A stretch of 64,000 nucleotides of DNA, taken from the NCBI GenBank assembly GCA_041736175.1, contig JBGSUI010000069.1, positions 18,923-82,922 on the forward strand, read 5' to 3'. Origin of the DNA: Oligoflexales bacterium. Lineage in GTDB: Bacteria; Bdellovibrionota_B; Oligoflexia; Oligoflexales; CAIYRB01. Of this stretch, positions 1 through 10,551 are shown one piece after another (the stretch's first letter is position 1; each line of letters begins with the position of its first letter). The notes beneath the pieces were generated by a model, which was not told where the DNA came from, searched no databases, and saw only the letters and a program-made list of their open reading frames with translations. The translations under genes and the position numbers were made by a program.

Positions 1-980
1 TTGATTTGGTAGGGAGGCATGTTCGTCTTTATGTTTAAGTCTCCTGGATTGTCCCGCATAGCCATGCCGTAATAAAAGCCGCTGCCCCCATTCAGAGCTT
101 TTTTTCCTTCTAAGGGATTGTAGAGGATTGCAGGGAGATAGACAGCGTTAGGAAAAAACGAGACCTCGGTGTACATGCCGAGTTCGAAGTTGAGCTTGAG
201 AAAACTATAGTGAAAGCTGATCCGGGTGATGGATCTGATGGGGCCTACTTTAAACGCTTCGAGTTCGCTATTTATCGAACGATGGCTAGCATTGATGGTC
301 AAAAAATATTTGAGATCAGCCCGCATATAAAAGGTCGTGGACTCAATAAGGGGGGTCCAATCGGGTTTGCTGGTCATATCCCCTTGGGGAGTCGGGATGC
401 GCATATCAATCCGCCGGGCGACGAGCCAGTTTTTCTTGTCAAACCCATAGCGGTAGCGGCTGGTGGTGACCTCAGCTTGCGAAATATCGAAATTGACATA
501 TTTGCGGTCTGACAGGGGAGGGGGGTTTTTAAAGAAGACGGCTAGGTAGACGGCTCCTTGTTGATCCCCGGCAGGGTTTTTGATGGTTGAAGTCAAAATA
601 ATTTCAAAGGTCAGGGCGGGTTTCCCTTGTCCCCAATGGTCTGGCATTTTAACAGGCCCTACGTCATCTCCCATAAATGATAGTTCGTCCTGAATGTCAA
701 ACACACCATTTCCGGTCTTAGCCGTGACGGAGCCGCCTTCCGGCAAGACATAATCTCCCCAGCTATTGATTTCATCGATCTGAAAGGGAATCGGGACCGC
801 ATTGCCTTTGCCGTCAGATTTAAAAAGGCGGTAAGAATCGAGGGGGTATTGGGTCGTTTGGATGATGCGCGAGCCTTGGATCACGACGGGAGAGGTATGG
901 ATGGTTGCCGCAGCGCGAGGGATCCAGCTTGCAAACCAAAAGAGTAGTCCGATGCAGGAGACTGGCACAGCAGCTTTCAT
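1..980 (-). CDS. Secreted hypothetical protein, partial (runs off the window start)
   Basis: Not in the ORF track. ATG at 980 follows an AGAGGA SD; my translation begins MKAAVPVSCIGLLFWFASWIPRAAATIHTSPVVIQG...PIPFQIDEINSWGDYVLPEGG, a signal-peptide-like N-terminus. Confidence 0.75.
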   Translation of the reverse strand, partial: MKAAVPVSCIGLLFWFASWIPRAAATIHTSPVVIQGSRIIQTTQYPLDSYRLFKSDGKGNAVPIPFQIDEINSWGDYVLPEGGSVTAKTGNGVFDIQDELSFMGDDVGPVKMPDHWGQGKPALTFEIILTSTIKNPAGDQQGAVYLAVFFKNPPPLSDRKYVNFDISQAEVTTSRYRYGFDKKNWLVARRIDMRIPTPQGDMTSKPDWTPLIESTTFYMRADLKYFLTINASHRSINSELEAFKVGPIRSITRISFHYSFLKLNFELGMYTEVSFFPNAVYLPAILYNPLEGKKALNGGSGFYYGMAMRDNPGDLNIKTNMPPYQI

Positions 981-1232
981 GGGTCCTCTCTGGGAGCTTC
1001 TAGGTTCCCTCCTAGGTTAACCCATAAAACAGGATTTGTTGAGCGAGGATTCAAAAAAGCGAACGCCTCAAAAAGCATGTAGAATTTGGTTAAGATTAAA
1101 TAAATAGATCTAAGTTATCGTCTAAACAAGATGGCTACAGTGTACACTTTAAAGAAAACGCCGATAACACCTGTGGTTTTCTGATGTTTAACGTCCTGTC
1201 GATTTTGGGCAGCATGCGAGGGGCCCTCATCT

Positions 1233-1544
1233 ATGAAAAAAAGCATACCCCTAAAAGAATATGTTGGTTTTCTCAAGGCCTATGCAAACGTGCCCCTGAG
1301 TCTCAATCGGATCACACTGCCTTTTGGCGTGATTACCGGGTCCCAGGAGTCTAAAAGCATCCTTGTGGGACATATTCTGGACGATCTGGTGCATCGCTAT
1401 TCCATCGAAGGTTCGATCGATATCATCGATGTAGTGACCAGCGCCCATGACTTAGGTCATGAGCAGGCTGAGGATTTTCTCGATCAGGCAGCCCAGTTTA
1501 TTTATGAGCTGACCAAAGACCAAGGGCTCTACGGGGCTCACTGA
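1233..1544 (+). CDS. Hypothetical protein (103 aa)
   Basis: ATG ORF with GAGGG SD, protein-like composition, convergent with the next gene. Confidence 0.6.
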   Translation: MKKSIPLKEYVGFLKAYANVPLSLNRITLPFGVITGSQESKSILVGHILDDLVHRYSIEGSIDIIDVVTSAHDLGHEQAEDFLDQAAQFIYELTKDQGLYGAH

Positions 1545-1552
1545 GAGGTCGA

Positions 1553-2245
1553 TCACAGGGAACCGTTCACCAGTGGTCCTACCATAAGGTAGGCATGGCA
1601 GCCGGCACCAGCTAAGACGAAGATATGAAACACCTCATGGGATTCGATGATTTTAGGGATAGGGTTGGGCCATTTGACGGCGTAGGCCAAAGCTCCAATG
1701 CTGTAGAGGACTCCACCGGCGACCAGCCAGATCAAGGCGTCCGTGCTTAAAGCCTTGATGATGGGATAGGAGAACAAAAGACAAAGCCAGCCCATGGCCA
1801 GGAAAATCCCAGCATCAAGCCGGGGTCGCCTGCGGCCTCGTCCCCACCAGAACCAATGATTGAAGATACCCACCGCTGCAAGGGTCCAAATCAAAATCAA
1901 AAGGGTATAGCCCCAAGGTCCCCTGAGGCCGATTAGACAAACGGGGGTATAGGTCCCAGCGATCATCAGGTACACGGCACTTTGGTCGAGTTTGCGTACC
2001 CGCCGCTCCCAACGTAGGGGTAGGGGTAGGGCATGGTAGAGGGTGCTTGCCACAAAGACGGCGACGGTTCCGATTCCAAAGACCGTGTAGGATAAGACTG
2101 CTACGTCCGAATTTAGGGAAGGGGAATGGGGCATGGTTACGATGACCCCTAAAAATACAGCGGCGATCAAGGCTCCAACCCCATGGGAAATCGCCGAAAA
2201 CGGCTCCTTGATGCGCATTCCCCCAATTTTTAAGCGGTAATACAT
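1553..2245 (-). CDS. Hemolysin III / PAQR family membrane protein
   Basis: About 7 hydrophobic segments; motifs SAISHG, STLYH, RKLDQSAVYLMIAGTYTP, HEVFHIFV. Confidence 0.93.
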   Translation of the reverse strand: MYYRLKIGGMRIKEPFSAISHGVGALIAAVFLGVIVTMPHSPSLNSDVAVLSYTVFGIGTVAVFVASTLYHALPLPLRWERRVRKLDQSAVYLMIAGTYTPVCLIGLRGPWGYTLLILIWTLAAVGIFNHWFWWGRGRRRPRLDAGIFLAMGWLCLLFSYPIIKALSTDALIWLVAGGVLYSIGALAYAVKWPNPIPKIIESHEVFHIFVLAGAGCHAYLMVGPLVNGSL

Positions 2246-2432
2246 CTCGGTAGACCTCCTTTCTCTACAAATACACCTTCTTGGACGTGGGGTCCAAGAG
2301 ATGTTGACACAAGCTGCTGGAAACCTGCGAAAGGAATCAGTGGACTTTCCAGCAATCGTTAATAAGATACCCAGAACAGCGGACCGGGGGATCCTCGGTC
2401 CCCAGGGGACTAGAGATGGGGAGGTTGGCGAT

Positions 2433-4358
2433 ATGGGTGAGGTTAAGGTACGGTTGCCCGATGGTTCTGAGCGCCGTTATGGTGCAGAGGCTACCTATAA
2501 AGATGTGGCTGCGAGCATTGGAGCAGGATTGGCAAAGGCAGCTCTTGCCGTGAGGGCAAATGGTCAGCTTAAGGATTTAGGACTCCCCCTAAAGACAGAT
2601 ACAGATTTAGAGATCATCACCTCAAAGTCCCCTGAAGGTCTGGAGGTGATTCGACACTCCACAGCCCATGTGCTCGCCATGGCAGTCCAAAAACTCTGGC
2701 CAGGGACCCAGGTGACGATTGGTCCCGTCGTGGATCATGGCTTTTACTACGACTTTGCTTTTCCAGAGGCTGTGAAAATTTCTGAAAAAGAGCTGCCCCA
2801 GATCGAAGATGAAATGCAAAAGATCGTCTCCCAAGACCTCCCTGTCTTTCGGACCGTGGTGTCCCGGCAGGAAGCGGTCGAGCGGTTTACCGCCCTTAAA
2901 GAGTCCTTTAAGGTTGAGATTATCAAGGAGCTTCCTGAAACCGAGGAGATTTCGATCTACGGTATGGGAGACTGGTTTGACCTCTGTCGAGGCCCCCACG
3001 TCCCCTCGACGGGAAAGATTGGAGCCTTTAAACTCACGATCGTAGCGGGCTCCTATTGGCGTGGTGACGAAAAAAACCCGCGTCTGACCAGGATTTATGG
3101 GACGGCCTGGGCTTCCAAAAAAGACCTGCAGGATTACTTGACCCGCCTGGAAGAAGCCAAAAAACGGGACCACCGGGTTTTAGGCAAACAGCTGGGGCTC
3201 TTTAGCTTTCATCCCGAGGCTCCTGCAAACGCCTTTTTTCATCCACCCGGAGCGCGGCTTTATTTGAGTCTTATGAATTTTATGCGCCGTAGCAATGCCG
3301 CCCATGATTTTCAGGAGGTCAATACCCCTCTCTTGATGAACGTAGATCTGTGGCATAAAAGCGGTCACTATGAAAACTACCGCGAAAACATGTACTTTAC
3401 CAAGGTCGATGAAACCGATGCGGCGATCAAACCCATGAACTGTCCGGGCCACTGCCTCCTCTATGGGGCCACCCGGCACAGCTACCGGGAACTGCCCATT
3501 CGGCTCTCTGAATTTGGTCGAGTCCATCGCCACGAACGGAGCGGGGTGACCCACGGGTTGATGCGGGTGAGGACTTTTGTCCAAGACGACGCCCATGTTT
3601 TCTGTGCTCCCGATCAGATCGAACAAGAGATCACCCGAGTGCTCGACCAAATCGACACAGCTTATAAGGATCTTGGGTTTAGCCAATACCGTATGGAGCT
3701 TTCGACCCGGCCTGCCAAATCCATCGGCTCAGAGGAGATCTGGACCAAGGCAGAAAAAGCCCTTAAGGACTGCCTGGAAAAATCCGGCCGTCCCTTTAAG
3801 GTTAATCCAGGGGACGGGGCTTTTTATGGCCCTAAAATCGATTTTCACCTGATCGACTCCCTAGAGAGGAGCTGGCAGTGTGGGACAGTCCAACTGGACT
3901 TTTCGATGCCATCCCGTTTCGAATTGCAGTATGTGGGCTCCGACGACAAACCCCATACTCCCGTGATGATCCATCGGGCGGTCCTGGGGAGTTTGGAACG
4001 GTTTATGGGGATTTTTATCGAACACTATGCAGGGCATTTCCCCCTTTGGGCCGCTCCTGTCCAGGTCAAACTCATCAACGTCGCCAAGGACCAGGAAGAG
4101 TATACGGCGGTCTTGGCCAAGGAGTTTGCAGGAGCTGGGGTGCGGGTGGAAATCGACCTTCGCAACGAAAAACTTGGGTTTAAAATCCGCGAAGCCCAGC
4201 TAGCAAAAGTCCCCTATATGGTGGTTCTTGGGGAAAAAGAACGGGAGACGGGGACCGTAAGCCCGCGGTTTTGGCAGGGCCAGCAGCTAGAGGCCATGAC
4301 ACCCGCGATCTTTATTGAGCACCTGCGTAAAGAGTGTGGATCTCTCTGGGGAGTTTAG
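2433..4358 (+). CDS. thrS: Threonine--tRNA ligase
   Basis: TGS domain (LPDGS), RHSTAH, DLCRGPH, RDHR, KPMNCPGH, FYGPKID, WQCGTVQLDF, IHRA. Start moved to ATG 2433 behind a GGAGG SD. Confidence 0.98.
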   Translation: MGEVKVRLPDGSERRYGAEATYKDVAASIGAGLAKAALAVRANGQLKDLGLPLKTDTDLEIITSKSPEGLEVIRHSTAHVLAMAVQKLWPGTQVTIGPVVDHGFYYDFAFPEAVKISEKELPQIEDEMQKIVSQDLPVFRTVVSRQEAVERFTALKESFKVEIIKELPETEEISIYGMGDWFDLCRGPHVPSTGKIGAFKLTIVAGSYWRGDEKNPRLTRIYGTAWASKKDLQDYLTRLEEAKKRDHRVLGKQLGLFSFHPEAPANAFFHPPGARLYLSLMNFMRRSNAAHDFQEVNTPLLMNVDLWHKSGHYENYRENMYFTKVDETDAAIKPMNCPGHCLLYGATRHSYRELPIRLSEFGRVHRHERSGVTHGLMRVRTFVQDDAHVFCAPDQIEQEITRVLDQIDTAYKDLGFSQYRMELSTRPAKSIGSEEIWTKAEKALKDCLEKSGRPFKVNPGDGAFYGPKIDFHLIDSLERSWQCGTVQLDFSMPSRFELQYVGSDDKPHTPVMIHRAVLGSLERFMGIFIEHYAGHFPLWAAPVQVKLINVAKDQEEYTAVLAKEFAGAGVRVEIDLRNEKLGFKIREAQLAKVPYMVVLGEKERETGTVSPRFWQGQQLEAMTPAIFIEHLRKECGSLWGV

Positions 4359-4380
4359 TTTTATTGTTTACTAAGTAGGA

Positions 4381-6162
4381 ATGATTGATATGCATCAAAG
4401 TGAATCGACTCCACGGCGGCCTTATCTGATCTGTGTAGCCTGGCCCTATGCCAATGGCCCACAGCATATTGGACATATGACGGGGGCTTACCTGCCATCC
4501 GATGTTTTTGCGCGGTTTTTACGGATGCGCGGCGAAAAAGTGGTGATGGTGAGCGGCTCCGACAGTCATGGGACTCCGGTGAGTTTGCGGGCCCAAAGTG
4601 AAGGCCGTAGCGAAACCGAGGTCTTTGAGGCTTTTCATGGTGGGTTTATCGATTCCTATTTAAAGTTTGGTTTGACCTTTGACCTGTTTACCCATACCCA
4701 TACCGAACTCCATGCCCAAGTGGTTCAAGATTTTTTTAAAGATTTGATGCAAAAAGGTTTTATCTATACGGCGCGTTCTAAACAACTCTTTGATACCACC
4801 GCCAACCGCTTTTTGCCCGACCGCTATATCGAGGGCGAATGCCCCATTTGTGGTTTTAAAGATGCCCGGGGGGACCAGTGTGATCAATGTGGCAAGACCT
4901 ATGATGCGGCAGAGCTTAAGAATCCTCGCTCCAGCCTTTCTGGATCTACTGATTTAGAAGTACGGGAAACGGAGCATTTCTATTTGGATCTTGCGCCTTT
5001 TAATAAAACGCTCCTCCAATGGATTGGGACTGACAAAGATCACTGGAGGCGGCATGTCCTTAATTTTTCGAGAGGGGAGTTAGACAAGCAGGACCTGAGG
5101 GGCCGGGCGATCACCCGGGACTTAGACTGGGGTGTAAAGATCCCAATCGATGGGTATGATGATAAACGTATCTATGTTTGGTTTGAAGCGGTCCAAGGCT
5201 ATCTCTCGGCCACGATGGAATGGGCCAAGCTCACAGGGGCCCCTGAGGCGTGGCAGGAGTTTTGGGTCCAAGAGCAGGGTGCTAAAAGCTATTACTTTAT
5301 CGGCAAGGATAATATCACTTTCCACACTATTTTGTGGCCTGCCATGCTGATGGCCCGCCAGGGGCTAAACCTCCCCTACGACGTACCAGCCAACGAGTAC
5401 CTGAATAGCTACGGGCGTAAGTTTAGCAAGAGCCGCGGCACTTCGATCGGCATTTCAGATGTTTTGTCTAGGTACCAGGTGGATGCCTGGAGGTATGCTC
5501 TGGTTGCGATTGCTCCAGAGACGGGGGATGTGGATTTTACCTGGGATGATTTTGTCGAAAAGGTAAATAACGAGCTGGTGGCTAATTGGGGCAATCTCGT
5601 CAACCGGGTGTTAGGGTTTGCCTACAAACGTTACGAGGGGTGTGTTCCCCAGCCAGGAGAATTTAGCCCCGAAGACCAGAGGCTCTTAGACGAGATAAAG
5701 TCTGGTTTTGACTCTGTCGGCCAGCTATTTCAGGGCGTCAAGCTCCGCAATGCCCTCGAAGAGCTGCGGCGCCTGAGCCAAAGGTGTAACCAATACCTTA
5801 GCGATCATGCCCCGTGGACTCTCATTAAAACAGATCCCGCGCGGGCTGCGACGGTGGTCTATGTGGCTCTGCAGTGCATCGACTGGCTTAAGACCATGTG
5901 GGCCCCGATCTTGATTGAGAGTAGCCAAAAGATTCACGAGTCTCTTGGGTATGACGGACCGCTTTTCGGGCGGCAGTGGACTGAAACCGTGGAGGAGTCT
6001 CACTCAAAACACCTGGTCTTAAGGTACGACCATGCCGGTGCGGTGGGGACCTGGGATTCTACGACCCGGCTAGCTCCGGGAAAAGCCATGCGTGAGCCGG
6101 CGGCTCCCTTTCAAAAGTTAGATCCGAAGGTGGTGGAGTTGGAGGGGGGTGGAGGGGCGTGA
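4381..6162 (+). CDS. metG: Methionine--tRNA ligase (no C-terminal tRNA-binding extension)
   Basis: AWPYANG-HIGH, SGSDSHG, CPIC...GDQCDQC knuckle, RDLDWG, YVWF, IGKDNI, KFSKS. Confidence 0.97.
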   Translation: MIDMHQSESTPRRPYLICVAWPYANGPQHIGHMTGAYLPSDVFARFLRMRGEKVVMVSGSDSHGTPVSLRAQSEGRSETEVFEAFHGGFIDSYLKFGLTFDLFTHTHTELHAQVVQDFFKDLMQKGFIYTARSKQLFDTTANRFLPDRYIEGECPICGFKDARGDQCDQCGKTYDAAELKNPRSSLSGSTDLEVRETEHFYLDLAPFNKTLLQWIGTDKDHWRRHVLNFSRGELDKQDLRGRAITRDLDWGVKIPIDGYDDKRIYVWFEAVQGYLSATMEWAKLTGAPEAWQEFWVQEQGAKSYYFIGKDNITFHTILWPAMLMARQGLNLPYDVPANEYLNSYGRKFSKSRGTSIGISDVLSRYQVDAWRYALVAIAPETGDVDFTWDDFVEKVNNELVANWGNLVNRVLGFAYKRYEGCVPQPGEFSPEDQRLLDEIKSGFDSVGQLFQGVKLRNALEELRRLSQRCNQYLSDHAPWTLIKTDPARAATVVYVALQCIDWLKTMWAPILIESSQKIHESLGYDGPLFGRQWTETVEESHSKHLVLRYDHAGAVGTWDSTTRLAPGKAMREPAAPFQKLDPKVVELEGGGGA

Positions 6163-6243
6163 AAAAAAACAAGATGAGCCCGCACTTGAATTCGGGATTA
6201 TGGTCATGGGGTTTGCCGTCATAGATTGTGAGAGAGGTGCAGC

Positions 6244-6855
6244 ATTCCATATAACGAATATACAATTGAAAAATTTGAATCGGATTTTGGATTCAAGGTA
6301 CGTCTTACCAATACGGAAATTCCTACACAGGCGCGTATTGAACCATCAGAACTCATTGTAAAGACGATTAAAAGAAATATGGCGATCGCCATGCGGTCGG
6401 CCACAGAAAAGGCAAAATCAGAAAACTTTGTCGCACCTGTGCTCTCTGAAATAGAGGCAATCATGCCGGGTGCTATTTCCGTCTTTTCAGGCACAAAACT
6501 AACCTGTTCCGACCCTCGTCTGACTGGGTTTGTTGATTTTGCTATCAGCGCAGAGCCCAACCGACTGGTGCTTTCAAGCCCTCTTTGCACGATTGTGGAA
6601 GCGAAAAATGATGATCTATACTTGGCTTATGGCCAGCTTGCTTCTGAGCTTCTTGCTGGAAAAATTAGAAATGAGGAAGATGGGAAAAAGATATTGCCGT
6701 TTGGAATAGCAACAAACGGAATTGAATGGCAGTTTGCAGAAATAACAAAGGAATCGATTCTGATTTATACCCAGCTTTTTAATATCTCTGATCTTGGCGC
6801 GCTTATTGGAACCATTGCTGGTCTGATCAATATTCGGCTAGCGGAACTCACCTAA
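6244..6855 (+). CDS. Conserved hypothetical protein, restriction-endonuclease-like (PD-(D/E)xK) fold; probable ATT start
   Basis: TEKAKSE..VAPVL, G.VDF, IVEAK and GIATNG.EWQF motifs. The frame is open upstream of 6379 to IPYNEYTIEKF at 6244, just after an AGAGAGG SD. Confidence 0.7.
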   Translation: MPYNEYTIEKFESDFGFKVRLTNTEIPTQARIEPSELIVKTIKRNMAIAMRSATEKAKSENFVAPVLSEIEAIMPGAISVFSGTKLTCSDPRLTGFVDFAISAEPNRLVLSSPLCTIVEAKNDDLYLAYGQLASELLAGKIRNEEDGKKILPFGIATNGIEWQFAEITKESILIYTQLFNISDLGALIGTIAGLINIRLAELT

Positions 6856-7070
6856 ATCTTTGCCATTGGATTTGGGTGTGGCTGTGAAACCAGTTTGCGA
6901 AAAGATGGTTTTTTGACAGTGTCTCAATCTTAAACACTGTTTACCGCTTAATGCTCTTGCCGATAAATCGAAATCATCAAACAATTCTGGCATCTTAAGA
7001 TTTAAACAACCCTCCCGAGAGATTGAGACCGGCTTTTGCAGGTAATCCCATAGATTAGATTTTAAAATAT

Positions 7071-7910
7071 ATGGGGGTTGCTATGACTTTGCGACAACAA
7101 TGGTGCCTTTTGTCTATCCTGAGCGGTATGGCCCTTATCGGCTTTTATGGTTGCCAAGGAGCAGGTGGCATCGGTGGTGTACCGGGCGATGGTGGTCAGT
7201 CGATCACTATGAGTGCACCCACACCAACCCCGCCATTTACAGCAGGAGTCACCCTGTTTACCTACATCTTAAAATGCGATGGTGATCCAGCAGGCTCCCA
7301 TAAAATAAACCCTGCTGCCGGTGCCGATATCGTATTTCCCAATGTAAGGGTCGCTCAGGGCGCCAATTGTAAAGTCCAGATGGCTACTGATGTTTCCAAG
7401 CTATCCTCCGCAGAATATAAATTTACGGGAGCCTTAGAGGGCGGACAAACCATTGTTTACGAAGGATCTGCAAAAACACAGGCAGCACCAAGTGGTGGCA
7501 AAGGTTTAGTCATAGATGTGACTCTAATACCGATCTATGACTCGCCCGAAAGGGTCTCCCGTGCGGTCATTATTCCCTTTACAGTCACCCAAGCAGACGA
7601 CAAACTTTTTCCTAAAAAATTTAAATTGGTATGTGGAATGATTGAAAACCCTGGATCTTGTTTTAAAGATTCAATCAAAAGTCAGGTTAAGTGCGAGGGT
7701 GTCTCTACAAAAGCCCAGGCAGACTGTACCTTGAAGGCGACTTCAGAGGATCTACAAGCAAATTACGAGTCAAAATCCTTTTCTATATCCGAAGGCAAAG
7801 CTAATACAGATGCGGAAACGGCTTCTGTGGAATTGCTCCAGGCGACCCAGGCTTCTGGTCCCATTAAGATAAACGCTACCATTCAGCAAAAACCGACTTC
7901 TACGCCTTAG
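7071..7910 (+). CDS. Hypothetical Cys-containing lipoprotein
   Basis: Hydrophobic signal with lipobox-like FYGC, Gly-rich linker, beta-rich body with paired Cys. Confidence 0.7.
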   Translation: MGVAMTLRQQWCLLSILSGMALIGFYGCQGAGGIGGVPGDGGQSITMSAPTPTPPFTAGVTLFTYILKCDGDPAGSHKINPAAGADIVFPNVRVAQGANCKVQMATDVSKLSSAEYKFTGALEGGQTIVYEGSAKTQAAPSGGKGLVIDVTLIPIYDSPERVSRAVIIPFTVTQADDKLFPKKFKLVCGMIENPGSCFKDSIKSQVKCEGVSTKAQADCTLKATSEDLQANYESKSFSISEGKANTDAETASVELLQATQASGPIKINATIQQKPTSTP

Positions 7911-7930
7911 CTTAGCCAAAATCGTGACGA

Positions 7931-8167
7931 TTAATAGCACCGAAGGGTGCCCATAATCTTGACGACGCGGGTGCCACCCGTCTTATAGCAGCGCACGATT
8001 GCTTTTTTGTAATCCTGGGCTTCGTTTTCATTGACGGGAGCTGAACCGCTTTCGTTGCCAAGAACATCTCCGCTACCGCCGCCCCCGGAGGCGCATGCCA
8101 ACGGTGCCAACACTAAGAAAACGGACCATGTTTTTTGAAAAAGTTCAAAAAGACTGAGCTTTATCAT
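7931..8167 (-). CDS. Small lipoprotein
   Basis: Lipobox PLAC, Gly/Ser linker, C-terminal RCYKTGGTRVVKIMGTLRCY. Confidence 0.65.
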   Translation of the reverse strand: MIKLSLFELFQKTWSVFLVLAPLACASGGGGSGDVLGNESGSAPVNENEAQDYKKAIVRCYKTGGTRVVKIMGTLRCY

Positions 8168-8349
8168 ACCATCTCGCTATGTTGTCGTAAAAAAAGTCAA
8201 GAATGGAAGGGCCAGGGGCATGACACTTTTCCGAAGCTAAGGCGTAAGTAACGCTATAGCTATCCTAGCATGGGTACCACCCTGTGACAAATACCAGCTT
8301 TAGGTCGGAGGGGGGTAGTCGGAGTTCCTGATCTCGGCAACCAGAGGAT

Positions 8350-10500
8350 TTAGCTCAGCCGTAGCGGCAAGCGGGTCAATCTTTTTTGGGTCAACCTATA
8401 GAGCCCGTTGGCCACTGCTGGAGCGATAGGCGGCAGCCCTGGCTCCCCTAGGCCGGTCGGAGGGTCCTGGGATGCCACAAAAAAGACTCGGGTTTGGGGC
8501 ATCTGGGACATTTTTAGGATTGGAAAATCATGGTAGTTTCTTTGTTTAACCTGGCCCTGCTTAAAGGTTAACTCCTGAAAGAGACATGCGGATAAACCAA
8601 AAGCTATAGATCCTTCCACTTGGGATCTAGCGTTGGTAGGATTGATCACCGTGCCACAGTGAACGGCAGCATCTACCCGATGGATCGTCGGGGTTTTTTG
8701 GTCCTGACCTAAGGATACTTCTACCACCTGGCCGATGACTGTGTTGAAAGATTCGTGGATCGCAAGGCCAAACCTACGACCAGCGGCGGGTTTTTCCTTC
8801 CAGAAGGATGATTTTTCAAGGAGGTCGAGGACTGCTAGATGGCGCGGATTTTTACTGAGTAGGGGACGCCGAAAAGCCAATGGATCTTGTTGGGCAGCTT
8901 CTGCCAGTTGGTCCAAGAGGGTTTCCATAACAAAGGCTGTATGGGTGTGGCCCACGGACCGCCACCATAGGGAGGAAATGGGAGTCTCCGGCATATGGAG
9001 ATCTAAGCTCATAGCAGGAAGCTGATAGGCGGTGCCTTGGACTCCCTCGACGACGCCGCCATCAATGCCGGTTTTTCTGACTTGGGCATCAAAGGATGAT
9101 CCAAGCATCACACTTTGGCCGACGATTTGATGGTGCCAAGCGATCGGCGCGGCCTTGGCATCAAGGGCAATTTTGACCCGATGTTTAGTGTAAGGTCGAT
9201 AGAAGCCGCCATGCATATCGTCTTCACGCGAATAAACCAATTTAACTGGCTTCCTAAGACTCTTAGCAATCAGGCAGGCATTGACCACAAATTCGCTGGT
9301 CTTTGATGCTCTCCGGCCAAAACTGCCGCCCGCAAAAGTGGTGATCATTTCGATTTTTTCGGGCGCAAGAGCAAGGGCCTTTGCTGCGGCTGCACGGTCA
9401 GAGGTCGGCATCTGGAATGCGGACCAGATTTTGGCTTTTTTACCGTCAAAATCCACCGTACAGTTTAAAGGCTCCATGGAGGCATGGGCTAGCCACGGAA
9501 ACTCAAATTCTGCTTCGATGGTCTTAGCGGCTTTTTTGAGATTGGGGAGGGTCTCAGGATGTTTGATCACCGGGGTCCCAGGTGTTTCAAAAAACTGGCT
9601 AAACCGCTGGCTTTGGGTTTCTGTGGTGGTCATGGGATCTGAGCTCAGATTCCACTTGAGTTCCAGAGCTTCGCGACCTTTAAAAGCTCCATAGGTCGAG
9701 GTGGCGACCACAGCCACAAGGTTGCCAAACACTTCGGCATGGACTACTCCGGCCACGGACTTAGCTGGTCCGAGGTTTACAGGAGTTTTGAGAGTCGCTC
9801 CAAAGGGAGGCTGCGCCAACACCCCGTAGACCATGCCTGGCACGCGAAGATCCATGCCGTAGACAGCATCCCCACGACTTTTTACAGGGGCATCAATCCG
9901 CGGCATGGATTGGCCAATCACTTTAAATTGGCTTGGATCCTTTAAGACCAGGGAGTCGGGTGGAATTTCTTTTTGTGCCGATGCTGCCACCGCACCATAG
10001 GCTAAAGATCCCTTTTGGGGGTGATAAATAACCCCTTTTTCTGCTCGACAACTTTTAGGAGGCACCTTCCAGCGACGGGCGGCCGCCTGGATAAGCATCT
10101 CCCTAGCCATGGCACCAACCTTGCGAAGCTGGACCCAAGACGTGGCGACCGAAGAACTCCCGCCCACAAACTGTACAGGGGCAAACATGTGATTGTAGAC
10201 TGGCGCCACAGGAGAGTGTTCACAGCGAATCTGATTCCAATCACACTCTAGCTCCTCGGCGAGGAGTTGGGCTAGGGAGGTAAAAACACCTTGCCCCATT
10301 TCGAGCTTATGGATGACGACAGTCACTGTATTGTCAGACCCAATTTTAATAAAGGCGTTGGCTAGGTGGGGAGATCCAAAATTTTCTTTTTCTTCTAAGG
10401 TCGCACCCATCACCTTTTGCATCCCGTGCAGGTGGAACCCTATCACGAGTCCCAAGCTTGTTTTGACTGCAGATCTTCGACTAGTTCCTGATTTTTCCAT
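8350..10500 (-). CDS. iorB: Xanthine dehydrogenase family molybdopterin-binding subunit (isoquinoline 1-oxidoreductase beta type), Tat signal
   Basis: SRR twin-arginine from ATG 10500 (AAGGAGG SD); EMGQG, GGSSS, HASMEP, GGSFGRR, WWRSVG, SQVEG, GLGEPG. Confidence 0.9.
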   Translation of the reverse strand: MEKSGTSRRSAVKTSLGLVIGFHLHGMQKVMGATLEEKENFGSPHLANAFIKIGSDNTVTVVIHKLEMGQGVFTSLAQLLAEELECDWNQIRCEHSPVAPVYNHMFAPVQFVGGSSSVATSWVQLRKVGAMAREMLIQAAARRWKVPPKSCRAEKGVIYHPQKGSLAYGAVAASAQKEIPPDSLVLKDPSQFKVIGQSMPRIDAPVKSRGDAVYGMDLRVPGMVYGVLAQPPFGATLKTPVNLGPAKSVAGVVHAEVFGNLVAVVATSTYGAFKGREALELKWNLSSDPMTTTETQSQRFSQFFETPGTPVIKHPETLPNLKKAAKTIEAEFEFPWLAHASMEPLNCTVDFDGKKAKIWSAFQMPTSDRAAAAKALALAPEKIEMITTFAGGSFGRRASKTSEFVVNACLIAKSLRKPVKLVYSREDDMHGGFYRPYTKHRVKIALDAKAAPIAWHHQIVGQSVMLGSSFDAQVRKTGIDGGVVEGVQGTAYQLPAMSLDLHMPETPISSLWWRSVGHTHTAFVMETLLDQLAEAAQQDPLAFRRPLLSKNPRHLAVLDLLEKSSFWKEKPAAGRRFGLAIHESFNTVIGQVVEVSLGQDQKTPTIHRVDAAVHCGTVINPTNARSQVEGSIAFGLSACLFQELTFKQGQVKQRNYHDFPILKMSQMPQTRVFFVASQDPPTGLGEPGLPPIAPAVANGLYRLTQKRLTRLPLRLS

Positions 10501-10551
10501 GGCTGGTCCCTCCTTGAGCGTCCTCTTAAAAACCACCAAACGAAACAAGAA

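Noticed and set aside
210-512. 100-aa plus-strand ORF
   Set aside because: Shadow of the longer minus-strand gene starting at 980, which has an SD and signal peptide.
2380-2403. GC-rich hairpin in the thrS leader as a T-box or tRNA-mimic operator
   Set aside because: No T-box consensus or Thr anticodon-like loop visible; leader too short.
6940-7040. Sigma-28 (GCCGATAA at 6959) and sigma-54-like (AG-N10-GC near 7026) promoter candidates; similar GCCGAT boxes near 1160 and 11200
   Set aside because: The -35 or -24 elements deviate from consensus; too weak to call without a PWM scan.
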